From contig CM022675.1 in NCBI GenBank assembly GCA_012295275.1, positions 7,006,001-7,070,000 of the forward strand: DNA of 64,000 nt, in the 5' to 3' direction. Position numbers and translations under genes: made by a program. The DNA is from Chrysomallon squamiferum (Eukaryota; Animalia; Mollusca). This document shows, piece by piece, positions 41,110-56,285 of this stretch. The notes under the pieces were generated by a model. That model had not been told where the DNA came from. It searched no databases and was given only the letters and a program-made list of their open reading frames with translations. Each line of letters starts with the position of its first letter. Within the stretch, counting starts at the first letter, position 1.

Positions 41110-44090
41110 GCCGTTTTAAAAAATAACAAACATTTTACATTACGCAAAAAAAAAGAAAAATTTTAATTAAATTAAAAAATCAGAAACTGGACAAATAATT
41201 GTAGTGTTTAGGTTGGGAAAAAAAATGTTGAGATTACCAATCATTTTATGCTTTATTTATTTATAAGATGGACCATGTGACTTGTATGTGCTGGGTTTTC
41301 ATTCTTTGCGACTGGTTCCTCTTGTTCTGTGTTTTGTTCCTGTTGCAGGTGTTTTTTTTCCAACAGGAGAAAGAGTTCCAAAACAAGGGGAGATCAGTCT
41401 TTTCATCTTTGCAGTTGTGGAATGAAATGTTTGGAGAATCTGATTAATTTTTTTTTTTTTTTAACTTTAAATTAACTATTGTTCTCTGAATTAATATTAT
41501 CCAAAAGACGTTAATTAATTTCATTATTATATAAATATAACTTTCAGTTTGTTAGAAGTAATATTTTTAACATATTTTATTTAGTTTTTCTAAATTTATT
41601 ATTTCTTTTATTATTATTATTGTTGTTGCTGTTCTACTTTATTTATGTATATTTTAAACGTCTAAAATTAACTCTTTTTTTTCTTCTTTTTTTTTTTTTT
41701 TCTAAATATTATTGTTTCTGAATTTGTCTATTGGCATGGTGCTAATATTTATTTATTTTTCTAACATAAAATACAACATGACTACTTGCAAAGATGAAAT
41801 CCTGTAAATACCAAATGTGCAATTTTGTGACGTGAAAACAACATATACCTGGCAATAATTTCTTGTTTCCTGTTTTTCGTCGTGCCTTTCGATTGAACAT
41901 CTCTGGAATACAAAAATAAATATTCCAGCGATGTTGAATTTTGTGTTTGTACAAAAAACAAACTGCAGGACCAAGGGAGATAACTTTATTGAAGAGTCAA
42001 TAGGTGTTCTGTTTGTGCTTTGCCTTGTTTTTGGTTTTTTTTTTTGTTTGTTTGTTTTCTTGTTTTTGAAATTATTGCTTTAATTTTATTTTATTTTTTT
42101 TTTTTTCATGACATGCTGGGATTTTTATTTTTATTTATTTATTAAATTTTCATGACATTGAAATATTACTGATAACATGTTAATATGAAATATTTTCATA
42201 TTTGTCAGTTTTGCAGTAATTTGCAAAAAGGCATTTCAGACTGAGCCGATAAACAGAAAACAAAAAATTATTTTCAGAGTAATCTCCCTTCTGTATTTAC
42301 TAATACATGTTTAATAATGTCAAAAGATCTAATATATTATTATATTCTTGAATTTGGAATATCAAAGACAGAAGAAAATTTAGCATTTTCAAATCTGTTT
42401 AAATCATTATACAGCAATGATATCTGTAATGTTTTAGTATTTGGATACACTTCATGGAAAGAAAACCCATATACTGTGTCAGTAAATTTATTTAAATTTT
42501 CTCTTAGTTGAGAAATAATAAAAACAAAATTGTAATTTAAATAATTTTAGCTTTTGTCAAAAATAAACATGTTTCATCATCACCATCGATATCCATTACA
42601 TCAGTGTGTTTTATATTTTAAAATATTCACGATGCACGTCATTATAATAATCAATTAACATCTTTGAGGTAGCGGGGATAACAAAAAATTCTAATTTATA
42701 TTTATGTTGCCGAATTATCTCGTGATATTTTGATATTTAACAATCGTATTTTATTTATACTGAGGTGTAAACAACACATTTATTTGAGACAGGTATGTAA
42801 AAACAAACAATATTCAAGGTGCTCTATAGATTAAGTGTATTTGTGTAAATAGTGTGTGAAAACAAAAAGCCTTTTATAACGTATTGTATCATACACTGTT
42901 AGAAATACTTGATCCAGTTTTACCATTAATGAAACTTAATGGTATCAGTAGAGGATTAAGAAGTGTTTGCCCAGTTTGCCTTTTAATTGTCTTTTTTGTT
43001 TCTTAATATTATTATTATTATTATTATTATTAGGGCTATATAAAAATTGTGTGTATCATTAACTTATAATTTTTTTTTTTTTTTTTTCACTTCTGCAAAT
43101 GAAATGTTAAAAAAGTTTCTTGTTCCTTTTCTTTTCTTTCTTATAATTTTTTTTTTTTTTTTTTTTTCTGAAAGATAAATATGTAATAAACCTGTTATAG
43201 TTATTATTATTTAATTCATATTTTTAATCTTTGTTAAATATAAAATTTTAATAATATTTGATTTATAGAGTGATAAAATAAGAAAAAATATTTTGTGAAA
43301 TAGAATAAATTATCTTATAATTCTAAAATTTAATATTAATACTAATTTAAAAATATTTAAAAAAAAAAATTGTTTTATCTAAAAATTTACCAATAACTAC
43401 TGATATAAATGAAATGAATTTAATAAAATGTTTTGTTTGCTTTATCAAACTAACATTCAAACATGTTACCCTATAAAAATTAATGTTTATTTGTTATTTA
43501 CGTATTTATTAAAAGATATTTTTAAAAAAAAAAAAAAAAATATTTATTAATGATTACTAATCAGATGTTGAAAGAAAAGTAAAAATTAATATTTGAATAT
43601 TTTGTTTAGGTAATCTACATTCTTTAAATTTGTTGAGAAAAAAAACATAAATTTTCTTTACAGTTTTGTTTTACACTTATGTGTATGTTGAGGTTCTATA
43701 TTAGACAGGTTGAATTTCATAAAAATGTTCTGTACAACACTGTTTTTGCATTAAATTTATAAATTATTTTAATAAAATTGTTCACATTCATTTTTTTTTA
43801 TATATTCAAAACAATATTTAATACAATATTTAATATTTAGCTTATATATCTTTTTTATTTTAATTAATGTTTTTGCCAATTTTTTCCATCAGTAATTTTG
43901 GGGAACAAATCTGATATAATTTTAAAAGAGATTAATTTATTTTTTAAATTATTTTTATAATTTTATTATTTATTTATTTTAATTTTTTTTTAACGTGAAG
44001 GTGTACATAAATTCATGTGTAAGTAAAATTTGTTACAGAATTTCTTTGTCTCAGTTTGGTCAAGTTAATGTTTGTTTTTGTAATTCTGTT

Positions 44091-44300
44091 TTAAGGCCAC
44101 ACATTATTAAAGGTTCTGTTTCACAGCATTAAATATTGGGGAAACTAAAAAAAAATGGTGGGATGGTATTTTGGATCAGATAAGTTCTACCATTCACTTG
44201 CAAAAGTAATGCATGGTTAAATCCAACAAGATGTATAGGTCATCTTCTGTTTTGTTAATATATATATATGTACATACATACACATTATATATATGTACAT

Positions 44301-44340
<40 letters not shown>

Positions 44341-44677
44341 CAAAAATAGTTTCCAGAAAATATAGTTACAGATTGTTTTTAATACACTTTTATCTTTTCC
44401 ACCTATTTTTTAATTAATTCATCACATTTGATTTATCTGTTAACACATACATTGAACTTAGGTAGAATTTACCTGAGAGGTATATTCAAATATTCTCAAT
44501 ATACCTATACACACTGAGCCAAATTAAATATACATATTTGTAATATAGCTTTAAAGAATCAATTTTACAAGTGTGATTTTAAAAAAAAATTATCGATATA
44601 GGTCAGATAGCATACCTGTCTGATGAATTATTTACAATGCAGGTAGAAATATTTGATTTAATGTGTGTTGGCCTTAA
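44091..44677. mobile_element. Non-autonomous TIR element (Kolobok-like MITE)
   Basis: TTAA-GGCCACACATTA ... TAATGTGTGTTGGCC-TTAA; TTAA duplication with GG..CC termini; no ORF. Confidence 0.5.
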
Positions 44678-46909
44678 AGCAGTTCCTGATTTCTCTACAC
44701 AGGCATGAAGTGCTGATATTTGCAATGCATGTTTTTTGCTTTTATTTTGTGTAACAAAAGTTACTTTATAACTGTTACTTTTTTAACAAAAATCATTTCA
44801 AATTAAATACTTTATAACCAACTAAAAAAATTATGATGATCTTTCCATATTGTATTCTGAAGTTTTGCAGTTTTAGAGTTGGTCTTAATAATTAGAGATA
44901 AAATTAGAATTTTTTTTTTTTTTTTTTTTTTTTTCTGTAAATATTTTATTTAAAAGTTTCAGTTTAAAATGATTGATTCTGATTGTTAGAATTTGTGGAA
45001 ATCTTTTTTTTTTTTTTTTTTTTTAAAAAAAAAACATTTGTAAAATTCATTTCAACTTGATTAATGATCGTTTGTAATGGAACACTTTTTTTTTCTTCTT
45101 TTTTTTTCTGACTTGTCACATTTATTTTAATGGGAAAAAATATTTTATTACTGTTTCTGTGTTTAAATTATTTATTGAAAAATGTTACACTTTTTAAAAA
45201 AACAAACATTTCATATAAATTTGGTTGGAAAAAAAAAAAAGAGTAAAATATGCTTTAATCTTTGAATTGTAGCTAACACCTAGTCTTCCAAAACATCCAT
45301 CCTTCTTTCTTTACTTTTTCTTTCTTCCTTCCTTTTTTTCTCTCTCTCTTTCTCTTGTATACCATTTGTGTCTTTTCAACATGTTTTGATAAAACATCTC
45401 GCCAAGTAAATCAACACAGAACAATAATACAGACTGCCTTTGTTCATTAATAAAATATTTAAAAGGTGTAATAATGAGTTGATTTTTTTCTTTTTGTGTG
45501 TGTGTGTGTGTTGGTTTGCTTTAGTTTTTTTTTCGTTTTTTTTGCTTTTTTTTCTAAACCTAACAAAATGTACCTGAGAAGTCATTTTAGAATGTTGTGG
45601 AAATCTAATGAAACGTTTCAAATAATCAAGAAAAGAAATATTAGAGTAACAACAGAAACTATTTCACAAATACAGCCCATTTTCCCCATTTGATTTGTGT
45701 TAGTTTATTTTTTTTGAATTTGACAATGCATACAAGCTTATGTGAGACGATAATGAAAATTACTGCTTTATTAAATACCAGAAGAAAAAAGATAATATTT
45801 ATGCTGAAATAGGCTTTTGCAGCTATGTTTTGCTACATACAGAAAGGTAAAGTATCGTGTATATATATATATATATAATAATAATACATTCACACACACA
45901 TTTGCACAGACAAACTTGCTACTGTAAGTAAGTTGAAAATAAATGCACGCAAATATCTATTTGATTGATTCGTCATGTTTTTATTTCTACATCTCAACAT
46001 AACCTGGACCAAAATAGTCTATGATAACACTGATCTATTTTTAATAAATCAAAAAGCGTATACATTTTATGGGACACTGCATCCATACATGTGTCTGTGT
46101 TTGTTCTTGTAATATTTATAGATATGCAGGTGCACTTAAAAAATGAGTAATATAAGAAATCTACCTTTATAATTAATTTTTTTTAATTTATTAAACAATA
46201 TAAATTTTTAAAATCTCATTGACATACATAAATTTCTAAACTTCAAAATGACTGTCTCAAGTGTTTTCCTTGCAGAATATGCAATAAAAAAAAAATGCTG
46301 CTCATAAAGTTTTAAATCATGCAAATTAATGACACTTTCATAAGTAACATGTGCAATAAATGAATAAAGCTATTAATAATTTAGTTATCAGTTATCAAAT
46401 ATACAGCGGTTATTACCTGCATGTATTTGTGACCCTACATACTGAATTGAGTATTAAGTCACAATAACAGCTTTGAAGTAAACACTAAAAAATGTTTGTC
46501 ACAGTCTGCAATAAACGAGCGGTAGGAATGTGGTTAGAACAGGAAATTAGCTGAATGGCAGTAAAACTTGATTAATGTATCAACAGTCATGTAACATAAC
46601 GACAATATTATACACGAAATATTCAACAAATTACACTATATATTGAAAGTCAAAAATAAGATAAACATTATAATGATGAAAAAAGTATATATATTAATCT
46701 AAAGTTAAATGATTAAGGATCAGAGATAATGAAAAAGAAAACCTGCTGTTACAACATGATGAACTATTCTTTTTGAAATAGCAGAATAAAATGTTTTGTA
46801 TGCACCTTCCCATAAACAGGACAGTACACACAATAGTCTTTGTTAAACAATTCGTCACTGTTATGGGAAGTGGCCATGGGATGCTCTGAGAAGAAAGTCA
46901 TTAGTATTC

Positions 46910-46948
<39 letters not shown>

Positions 46949-47198
46949 AAATAATAATAATAATAAATATAAATATAATAACAACAACAATAACACCAAC
47001 AACATTAATAATAATAATAAGGACAAGAAGATGAATAACTAATACATGTGTATATATTTTTGTTAAGGTGTTTGTATGTACCTGTGCATTGTGTCGTGTT
47101 TTTTTTTGTTTAAAACTATCTGTTAATTTAAAGCATACCTTTAATACTCCAAACGTAATTTGTATAGCTTAAACAAATTTTGAATTCATTCAAATTAT

Positions 47199-47241
<43 letters not shown>

Positions 47242-47843
47242 ACTATATGGAATGCAGATTTACTGATAATAAAACATGACAATGATGTAACTAGCCTGAG
47301 GCAAATCTGTAACGCCTTTTTCCCCGTTTTTGTTTCTATATTCGTGACATCAGCCTCACTTTTAATAGTTAATTCAGGTAGCCTGAGGTTTGGACAGTTT
47401 TGAGAAACCCCAGTTTGATAACATTTCTTATTATACATACATGCATACACACATACATATACAATACAAAGTTACATGCATAATATTCATATATACATAC
47501 ATATATACATACATATATACATATGGACATATGACAAAAGAAAATTAAAAATCCTAAACTACATATACACATATATGCATACATACATACTTACATACAT
47601 ACGTACGTACGTATATATATATATATGCATAACTACTGTAAATTACATTTTCATGGTGGCATACAGTACTCAGTAATGTGATCTACGTAGTCAGTGTGAT
47701 TTTCGTGGGTTTTCAAAGGTTTTTTGTATTGGTTTCTTTAGGCTTCATAAATATGTAAACGAGAATGTTATTTAATATACGTATCTGCGTATAATGTAAA
47801 ATAATCATATTCCTACTACTATTACAACTGCTACTAACAATAT

Positions 47844-47898
<55 letters not shown>

Positions 47899-47910
47899 AT
47901 ATATACACTA

Positions 47911-47945
<35 letters not shown>

Positions 47946-48360
47946 TGAGTTTGAGATAAAAATGTCGAATGTTACGTTGTGTTTACCGTCAGTATTATAC
48001 TTTAAGTAAACTCACTTTAAAAAGAAAATAATTTACTCCAGCTTACACGGTCACTGTGAACTGTAACATATGAAATATATGTAACAGTCGTGCAATACGT
48101 CACTGTTGCCTGACACCTGTCATTCTTGCTGTCTATCTGTCAATCTATTTTTCTGTGTCGCCGTGAACAGCTAGCTAATCAAAAGCGTGTAAAAACGAGA
48201 ATCACGAAATGTTATGGCGTTATGTACAGATTATTTTAAATCCTTGCCAGTATAGGCGTATCTTTAAAAAAAAAAAAAAAAAAAAAAAGTTATTTTAAAA
48301 ATATTTTACTGTTAAATTATTCGGACAGAACGTTAAATCGTAATAATTCCATTTTATCGT

Positions 48361-48520
48361 TCAGCCAAAGAGCAAGATTCAGATCGAGGTTGTGCGCATG
48401 CGTAGTGCTTCGTCATCGGTCATTGTGGTTTTTCAGACGTCTTTCGGAGTAGGTGTTGGTGGGGAAATTGAAGAAACACCATCTACTGTTGTCGATGTTG
48501 TTTCTTCAGTTTCAGACAGC
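48361..48520 (+). promoter_or_regulatory. CpG-enriched promoter-like region with NRF1-type site upstream of the Ly6 gene
   Basis: TGCGCATGCGTA at 48393-48404 (NRF1 consensus TGCGCATGCGCA); locally more CpG than the flanks. Confidence 0.45.
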
Positions 48521-48684
48521 AACAGCTATAACAACAATAAGAGAAATAACAAAAATAAAAACTCCTTCAGTACTAACATTATTAAATAATAACAATTTTA
48601 ATTAATAATAATGATAATAATAACAGCTGAAATAGAAACAATAGCAGCAGCAGCATCAACAACAACAGTGATAATAATAATAAT

Positions 48685-48722
<38 letters not shown>

Positions 48723-49053
48723 ATAAATAAATAAATAAAAAAAAATACAGCCCGATATTATATAACTAACACCAATCGTATGCTCTAATAAAATAACGGG
48801 AATTTAAACAGGCTATACAGTGTCTCAAATTACGTTAACACTCGAGTATGAATACAAATTTAAATCTTATAGCGAACCAAACAACGTATTAGACATACAA
48901 TATAATGCAGTATCCTGTACCCGGGCTAGAGGAAAGACGTATCGAATCACTGGACCAAATCTTGATTTATTGTATTGTCTGTTTGAAATAGCACAGCAAG
49001 GACCTGTAACGTTGTTTTTTTATGTTCTGTTTTCTTCTTCTTCCTCCTTCGTG

Positions 49054-49120
49054 ATGTTAAACTATATTCGTTTTCATTTCGTCGTTTTATCAGTGTGTTT
49101 CATCAGTGCGTGGTACACAG
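49054..49120 (+). CDS. Ly6/uPAR (Quiver/Sleepless-like) protein exon 1, signal peptide (MLNYIRFHFVVLSVCFISAWYT)
   Basis: Hydrophobic leader; consensus donor CAG|GTGAGT in phase 1, typical Ly6 gene layout. Confidence 0.85.
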
Positions 49121-50072
49121 GTGAGTGTTTTGTATTTAGTTTGTATTACCTGATTATTATCTGCGTCATATTCGTTTTCAATATAATTTTTATTACTGGT
49201 GTGTGATAATACAGTCAGTAACACAATGTGGTGGGTATTCTTATAATCAAATTTCATCTGAAATACCTGAAAATACTTAATATAGCTTTTGTTAAATTGT
49301 TTTGAAGACTTCTGATTTTTTTTTTTTTTTTTTTTTTTTTTGCTAATTAGACAGCCTGAACGTTTACATAATCAAAAGTGTTTTAAGTTCTGAGATGAAA
49401 TAATTAAATGGTGGAAAGGAACTTGTTTCCTGACTGTCATCTTTACACGTTTGCACGTAGGCCAGAAATGTATTTTTAGTTGTTCGTGGGTGCGTGTGTA
49501 CGTGCGATTGTCAGTGCGTTTATGATAAGGTGTTATACGTCTGTTCATGATATTGTTATGATGATTAGGTGTGAGCACACCTTGTTATGAAATGACATCC
49601 GTGTTTGACGTCACAATAGAATATCATATCTCACACTGTATTGTATTCAGTGTGTTTATACGTATATATTTCTGACAGACAGATAAAAACCGTTAATAAT
49701 CTCGTAAAGCTTATGCGAGGTGACGATTCAAAAAGAGAAGAGTACATTTTATGTCTCTATAACTTCTATTTCTTTCTTCTTCTTCTTTTTTTTTTTTTTT
49801 TTTTTTTTTTTCACTCCTTTTTTATTTATTTATTTATTTTTATTTATTTATTATTCTTATTCTTATTTTTACACTTTTTTTTTATATTCTTTTACTTTGT
49901 TCTGTTGTTTTTTGTTTATTTTTTTCTTTGTTTCTCGGGTTGTTTCTTCTTTATTTATTTTTTGGGGGGGTCCTCGTTTTAATTATATATATATCACTAT
50001 ATCCCCTTTGCCGGAATTCAGATACGCCCAGTCCTGATCAAAAGTAGCTCAAGATAAAAGGGACATAATAGT

Positions 50073-50175
<103 letters not shown>

Positions 50176-50239
50176 TATACACTGTCACTTAGGAAAGTTT
50201 TGTTCACATGTACTGGAAAAGCTATATGTATGTGTGTAA

Positions 50240-50276
<37 letters not shown>

Positions 50277-50389
50277 AATTATATATGCGCATGTTAGCTA
50301 AAAGGAGGTTGGTTTCTTTCTAGAAATGTTTTGTTTTGTTTTGCTTTTATTTATTTAATTTTTCTTATTTATTTATTTATTTTTAATTA

Positions 50390-50439
<50 letters not shown>

Positions 50440-50690
50440 TGTTTTAGACGTCAGTTCATTACATATTTACATATAAATTTGTTTACTCGTTCTAAAGTTG
50501 TTTTATTTTATTAATATTTATTTTTAATTTCTTTAAGTATTTTAAATCTCAAAAAGATGTTGCAATTAATTATATATTATTATTTATATAATAATGTTTG
50601 TGTGTTTGCGTACTAGGGTACTTCATTATTATTTTACTGGTTCTTGTTGTTGTTGATATTGTAGGTTGTCGCTGTTATTTTTGTTGATGC

Positions 50691-50739
<49 letters not shown>

Positions 50740-50743
50740 TTAG

Positions 50744-50899
50744 GTTTAGCATTCCAGTGCTATTCATGTTCATATACACGTGCTGGGACTGGTGTTACAG
50801 ACTATGGATGCGTCAACGACACCGTCAACTACAGCAAAATTGGAAAGCTGCAGTGTTCGACACCGAAAGTGTGTTTAATGCAGACCACGTACAGAGAGA
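50744..50899 (+). CDS. Ly6/uPAR protein exon 2 (GLAFQCYSCSYTRAGTGVTDYGCVNDTVNYSKIGKLQCSTPKVCLMQTTYRE)
   Basis: tttag acceptor; xxCYxC LU-domain start; Cys1-5; donor A|GTAAGT in phase 1. Confidence 0.92.
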
Positions 50900-51320
50900 G
50901 TAAGTTGTAATTTATTCTTAGTTTATTTATTTATTACTTATTATTATTTTTCTAAATTATTTATTCATTTATTATTTTGTTCATTTTATTCAATTTTATT
51001 TTATTCATTCGTTTATTTATTACCGTTTTTATTTATTATCTAATATTATTGCTGTCATTATTTTTATCATTATTCATTTTCTTGTGTATTTATTTAGTTA
51101 TTTGTTCATATTTGTTTTGTTTATTTAATGATTAGTAAAAATTACTGTTGTAATACCTATTTTGTATTTATTTCTATGTTCTGAAATATTATTTTATAAA
51201 AATTCCATTATTGTTGATTCTGACCTGTTACCGTTTTCTTCTTCTGCTTCTTCATATTATTATTATTATTATTATTATTATTACAAATGTAGTCATTACA
51301 ATAATTATATTTCTATGCAG

Positions 51321-51580
51321 ATTTTAAAATACTGCAGTCATTTACAAGAAACTGCTTGGATAAGAAAACAGACGACATGAACAAAACGACATGCACTGAA
51401 CCGGATGGTTATGGTGGAGCAGACTGCTATTATCAATGTCAAGGTGAACTGTGCAATGTCAAGGACGGAAATCTATACGAAGAAGCCAAGAAAGAGCCTA
51501 GTGTCGCTACCGGTTTGACGTCACGTTCGATTATATTGGCGCCAATATTTTTGTGCAGTTTTCTTCATTTTATTTATTAA
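51321..51580 (+). CDS. Ly6/uPAR protein exon 3 (TRNC...CYYQCQGELCN plus GPI-signal-like hydrophobic tail)
   Basis: tgcag acceptor; Cys6-10 ending in CN; tail SIILAPIFLCSFLHFIY*; total 160 aa; AATAAA at 51792. Confidence 0.92.
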
Positions 51581-53736
51581 TTGTTTGTCTTGATAAAAGA
51601 CAGCAAAAATGGTTGAAACTCAAAGATAATGGGTTAATTTTAAGTTGAAAAATCTGATTATTATAATTTGTGTTAATATTTTAGCAAAGACATCTGATAA
51701 AAATTACAGTTCGATTTAATAATAATAGTATTAAATAATAATAATAATATTTAATTTCAATGTTTTATAATTTTGTACTATTCCTGTCTTGAATAAAAGG
51801 TATCCATTCTTACGTCATGCCCACGACTTGCAAGCTTGTATCATTCTTTGATGGAAATAAGAGAACCTATATATATATATATATATATACACACACTGGA
51901 TTATCATTTATATTGCATATGATGCTGTAGGAATCAAAGTTATTAAAAAAATATATATAATAATAATAATAAGAATAATAATAATAATTCTTTATACTTC
52001 CAAATTATTATATCTTACTGTTCTTATCATAAATAATAGCAAAGTGTGACAATGAAATAATGTTATGAAATGCTGCAATTTTATTTCTTTACACAGTTGT
52101 ATTAATATTATAAAATTATATAGTATTTTATATATATCTTTATTTACTGTTGATGTGTGTGCGTGTATATATATATAGTGGCAAATTCATTTTGATATTT
52201 TATGTATTTATAACAATAAAAATAATACATATTGCCATACAATTTATGTGTTTGTTTATATGTATGTAAGTGTGTATGTATGTATGTATGTATGTAAATA
52301 TATAGATATATATGTATGAATATGCATGTTTTTTTTTTTTTTTTTTTTTTAAAACGAGAGATTCCAAGATGGAATAGGTCACAAAAGCAAATGAAAATCA
52401 ATCACTCGTCTCTCTCTCTCTCTCTCTGTCTATCAATCTGTCTGTCTGTCTGTCTGTTTCTCTGTGTCACTCCCATTCACACATTCAAAATGTACATATT
52501 ATTTTAAAATGATAAATAACAAAGTCAAAAGATTTCTCTCTCTCTTTTTTTCTTTTTTTAATGTAGATCTTTTTATCTGGTAGATTCATCTGTTGTTGAA
52601 GAATTCCAGACATTCTGTCCCACATCACAGATAAATATATACAAATCAAAATGCAATAAAATAGGCAAATTGATGTCGAGTAACAGTGAATTTATTTTCA
52701 CTGGCCTAAATTTATCAACATCATCTTTGTTAGTTTATCATCATCATAATATGAACTATTATTATTAGTAGTAGTACATGTATTATTATTGTTACCATTA
52801 TTATTATTATTATTGGTGTTATTAATATCAGTATATTCATTATGATTATTGTTATTATTATTTATTATTACTATTATTATTAAAAATAGAGTTATTTCTG
52901 GTAAAGTAAATTACATTTTAATCTTTTTATTGAATGCTATCTAAATAATAATAATTTCCATTTATAACTTTATCTGAATTATTTTTTAAAATCTTTTTGA
53001 TTGATTCTAGATTAATAATTATTATTGTTTTTGAAGGTGTTTATAAAAAAAAAAATTAAAAAGGAAAAAAGAAAAGAAACAAACTTCCTCAATATATACA
53101 AAAAAAATCATAATAATAAAAAAAAAAAAAAAAAAAAAATCTTGGCATTACTTAGAAAAACAATTTTTATTATTTGTCTTTAATGATTTATAATGATCAT
53201 TTCATCATTTAAAAGGATGAAAACAGCATTTGATGATTTCACATATTATCCCAAATCCAAAATTCTAACAAGCATGGATGGAAATGTATCCATTATTTCC
53301 AAAAACAAAATGTCATAAATATATCTCTGTCTTTTTTGTTTAACCCAAGCAAGTCTAACAAGCAATTTAACAAACTGAAAACAATAATATAAATTAGTAA
53401 CACACAAGAGGGGGAAGAGGGGAAATATGAACAAAAAGGAAAAAAAATTGTTCATAACCCCTGTTTTAGTAAAGTTTTCAAACATCAATAAAAAGCTAAA
53501 TTATTGTTTTAAGTTTAAAAAAAAAAAAAAAAAAAAAAAAATTTTCAATGCAAAAGTCAAAAATATTTTAGTATAAAAATAGTATTGCATAAGTTCTAAA
53601 CAATCTGAATTGTTTATGGAATAACAAACATAAAATTTGTATAGCCATAGATTTTCGTTAGTAAACATTTATAACTACAATGTATATTAATATGTATCCT
53701 TAGCTCATAATACACATGTAATAGGTTAGAGTCAGA

Positions 53737-53768
<32 letters not shown>

Positions 53769-54872
53769 TGTATGTATGTGTGTGTGTGTGTGTGTGTATG
53801 TATTTATATTTATGCACAAGACCTTCTGGCTCTAACCCCCCCAATAGATATATAAATGTGTGTGTGTGTGTGTCCTATGAATTACATGTGTATGTGTGTG
53901 TTTAGGAAACTGTTTGTATTTCTGCAAAGGTAAGAATTGCCCAATTCAGTGAAGCTATACTGAGCTGCATTGGGCATTTGATCTGAACAGGATAAATCTA
54001 ATTTCTTAAAACAGTAACCAGTTATTTCTTTTGTCCTGCAATTATAAATAATATAAAAAAGTATGTGACAGTAAATGATGTGTACCGATTTTGTTGTCAC
54101 TTTCGAAAACCGTACATCTAAACAAAATAGTTCATAAATAACAAATATTTTCAAAATGTTTTTTTTAAGACCCAAACCAAGAATTAAACACTACAGAAGT
54201 AACTTTGAACAAGATACGTATATACACATGTGTGTATGTGTGTCTGTGGGTGTGTCTGCATATGTTTATGTGTAAATAACAAGTATTTTATTTGAACAAA
54301 GACATTTCTATCCCAAAAGGAAATATTTTTGATCACGATATTTTGCCACTACAATACACTGACAGCCATTTTAAACTTTTCAAATTAATCAGTTTTAACT
54401 TTTTAATAACTGCTGTAGTGTCTAGCATTTATTTTTTTTATTTTTACATCAAGGGAGGTAAGTACAAAGTTATTATTATTAATTTTTTTTACTGTGACTG
54501 AGGTCAGTTTGGTTCATTTGTAAATTTTTAAATACTACAAAATGCAGGTAAACACACTAATAATCAGCAAAAGTCAATAAAATATGTGTATTTCCAAAAC
54601 TACTTCCTACTTACCTTCTTTGAGTTAAAAAAAAAAAAAAATAAAAAATATTAATAAACAACTGAATGCTAGCTTCTACTTTGGCATAAAAAGACAGAGC
54701 TCATTAATCTGACAAGCCAGAAATGACATGTGACATTTTGAAATTATTTTTTAAATTGTTATTTTATTTATTTATTTATTTATTTATTTATTAATTATTA
54801 TTATTGTTGTTATTATTATTGTTATTATTGTTGTTGTTATTATTATTATTATTGTTATTTTTATTATTATTA

Positions 54873-54935
<63 letters not shown>

Positions 54936-55479
54936 TTATTATTATTTCTGTACTAGCATCAACTGGGCAAACCATGGTTATACTGTGAGAAAAATTTTGA
55001 TATCTCAATCTACCAACCCCTTTCCTAAAATAATCTGCTCATTGTAGTACAAAGTTGTAACATCTTACCTTGTATTACAATGTTATATTACTTTTATTCT
55101 TTTAATACAATGTTATATTACTTTTATTCTTTTAATACAATGTTATAACCGATTAATTACACTAAGATTTAGCTATATGAAAATGTTCTTTTCAGCCTAG
55201 TCTGAGCTTGAAAATAATTTGTTCCAAAATAAAATAAAATAAAGACATATACGAATGAATGACTGTTATACCCACATGATATATCATCTTTTACTAAGAG
55301 TTAAAGATCAAATGATTCAGTGACATAACCTATGCAACAGATATATATAATCACATATACCAAGTTAGTATACAAACACAGTCAATTTTCACTGTAATTC
55401 TCAAATACATTAATAGAGAGTTATCAAAATTCCAATTCTGAAGGATATAAAGTGATAATCTAATATTTTGGTTTAAACA

Positions 55480-56015
55480 AATGTAATTTGGAAACCAAAA
55501 TTTTGATAGAAAGATATAATCTGGTGATAGAAAAATTCTGGTTTTGAGGAACACAAAATTGTGACCAAAACGTTGGTATAAAGTTATATAAATAGGAATG
55601 TGAAATTCCAATACTGCAAAATATATAAATAAAACTAAATTTATGCAAGAGGGAAATAAAAACTGGTTACCAAATTTTTAATACAGAGAAATTAACCTGC
55701 TTACTGAAATTTTGATACTGGTAATAAAAACTTTTACCGAATATTCAAAAATGCAAAAATGCAAAAATGCTGACTGAACTTTTTATACAGAGAAATATAT
55801 CCAGTGCCCAAAATTTGAGCTCGTCACCCAAATTTTGGTACAAAAACAGAAATATAACCTGGTGCCCGAAATTTTGGTACACAGAAATATAAATTGGTCA
55901 CCAGAATTTTGTTACTTAGAAATACAAACTGAAGACTGAAATTTCCGTACAAAGAAATTCAAAGTGTTCACCAAAATTTTGGTACAAAGAGTAGAAAAAT
56001 TTGACCAAAGTTTTG
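55480..56015. repeat. Degenerate minisatellite of about 33-35 bp in the probable GULP1 3' UTR
   Basis: Recurrent cagaaatata..ctggt..ccaaaattttggta units. Confidence 0.65.
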
Positions 56016-56204
56016 GTCACTACAACTTTATAAGAGTAGAAAGTTTGGTTGCTAAAAGTTTTCTGTGTGAAATTTACAAATTATGTCCACATTTTTGTAA
56101 GGTTTGCCTTCAGACAGTTGTGTATATTATGTATAAAAATGTTTCAAAAATACAGAGTATTTTCCTCCTCTCCTCTGTGACCTTGACCTCAAACTGTTTT
56201 GACC

Positions 56205-56285
56205 TTAAGATCGCTGGTTGAGAGGGTCAAGGTCATCCAGTGAGAAGTCGTCAGTTCCGAATGATAATCCTTGACTGAATCCTGT
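56205..56285 (-). CDS. GULP1: GULP1/CED-6 last coding exon (TGFSQGLSFGTDDFSLDDLDPLNQRS*)
   Basis: ttttacag acceptor, phase 0, TAA stop; continues the frame of the upstream exons. Confidence 0.88.
   Translation of the reverse strand, partial: TGFSQGLSFGTDDFSLDDLDPLNQRS

Noticed and set aside
48820-49053. N-terminal extension of the Ly6 ORF
   Set aside because: It starts at a non-ATG codon; the first in-frame ATG at 49054 directly gives a signal peptide
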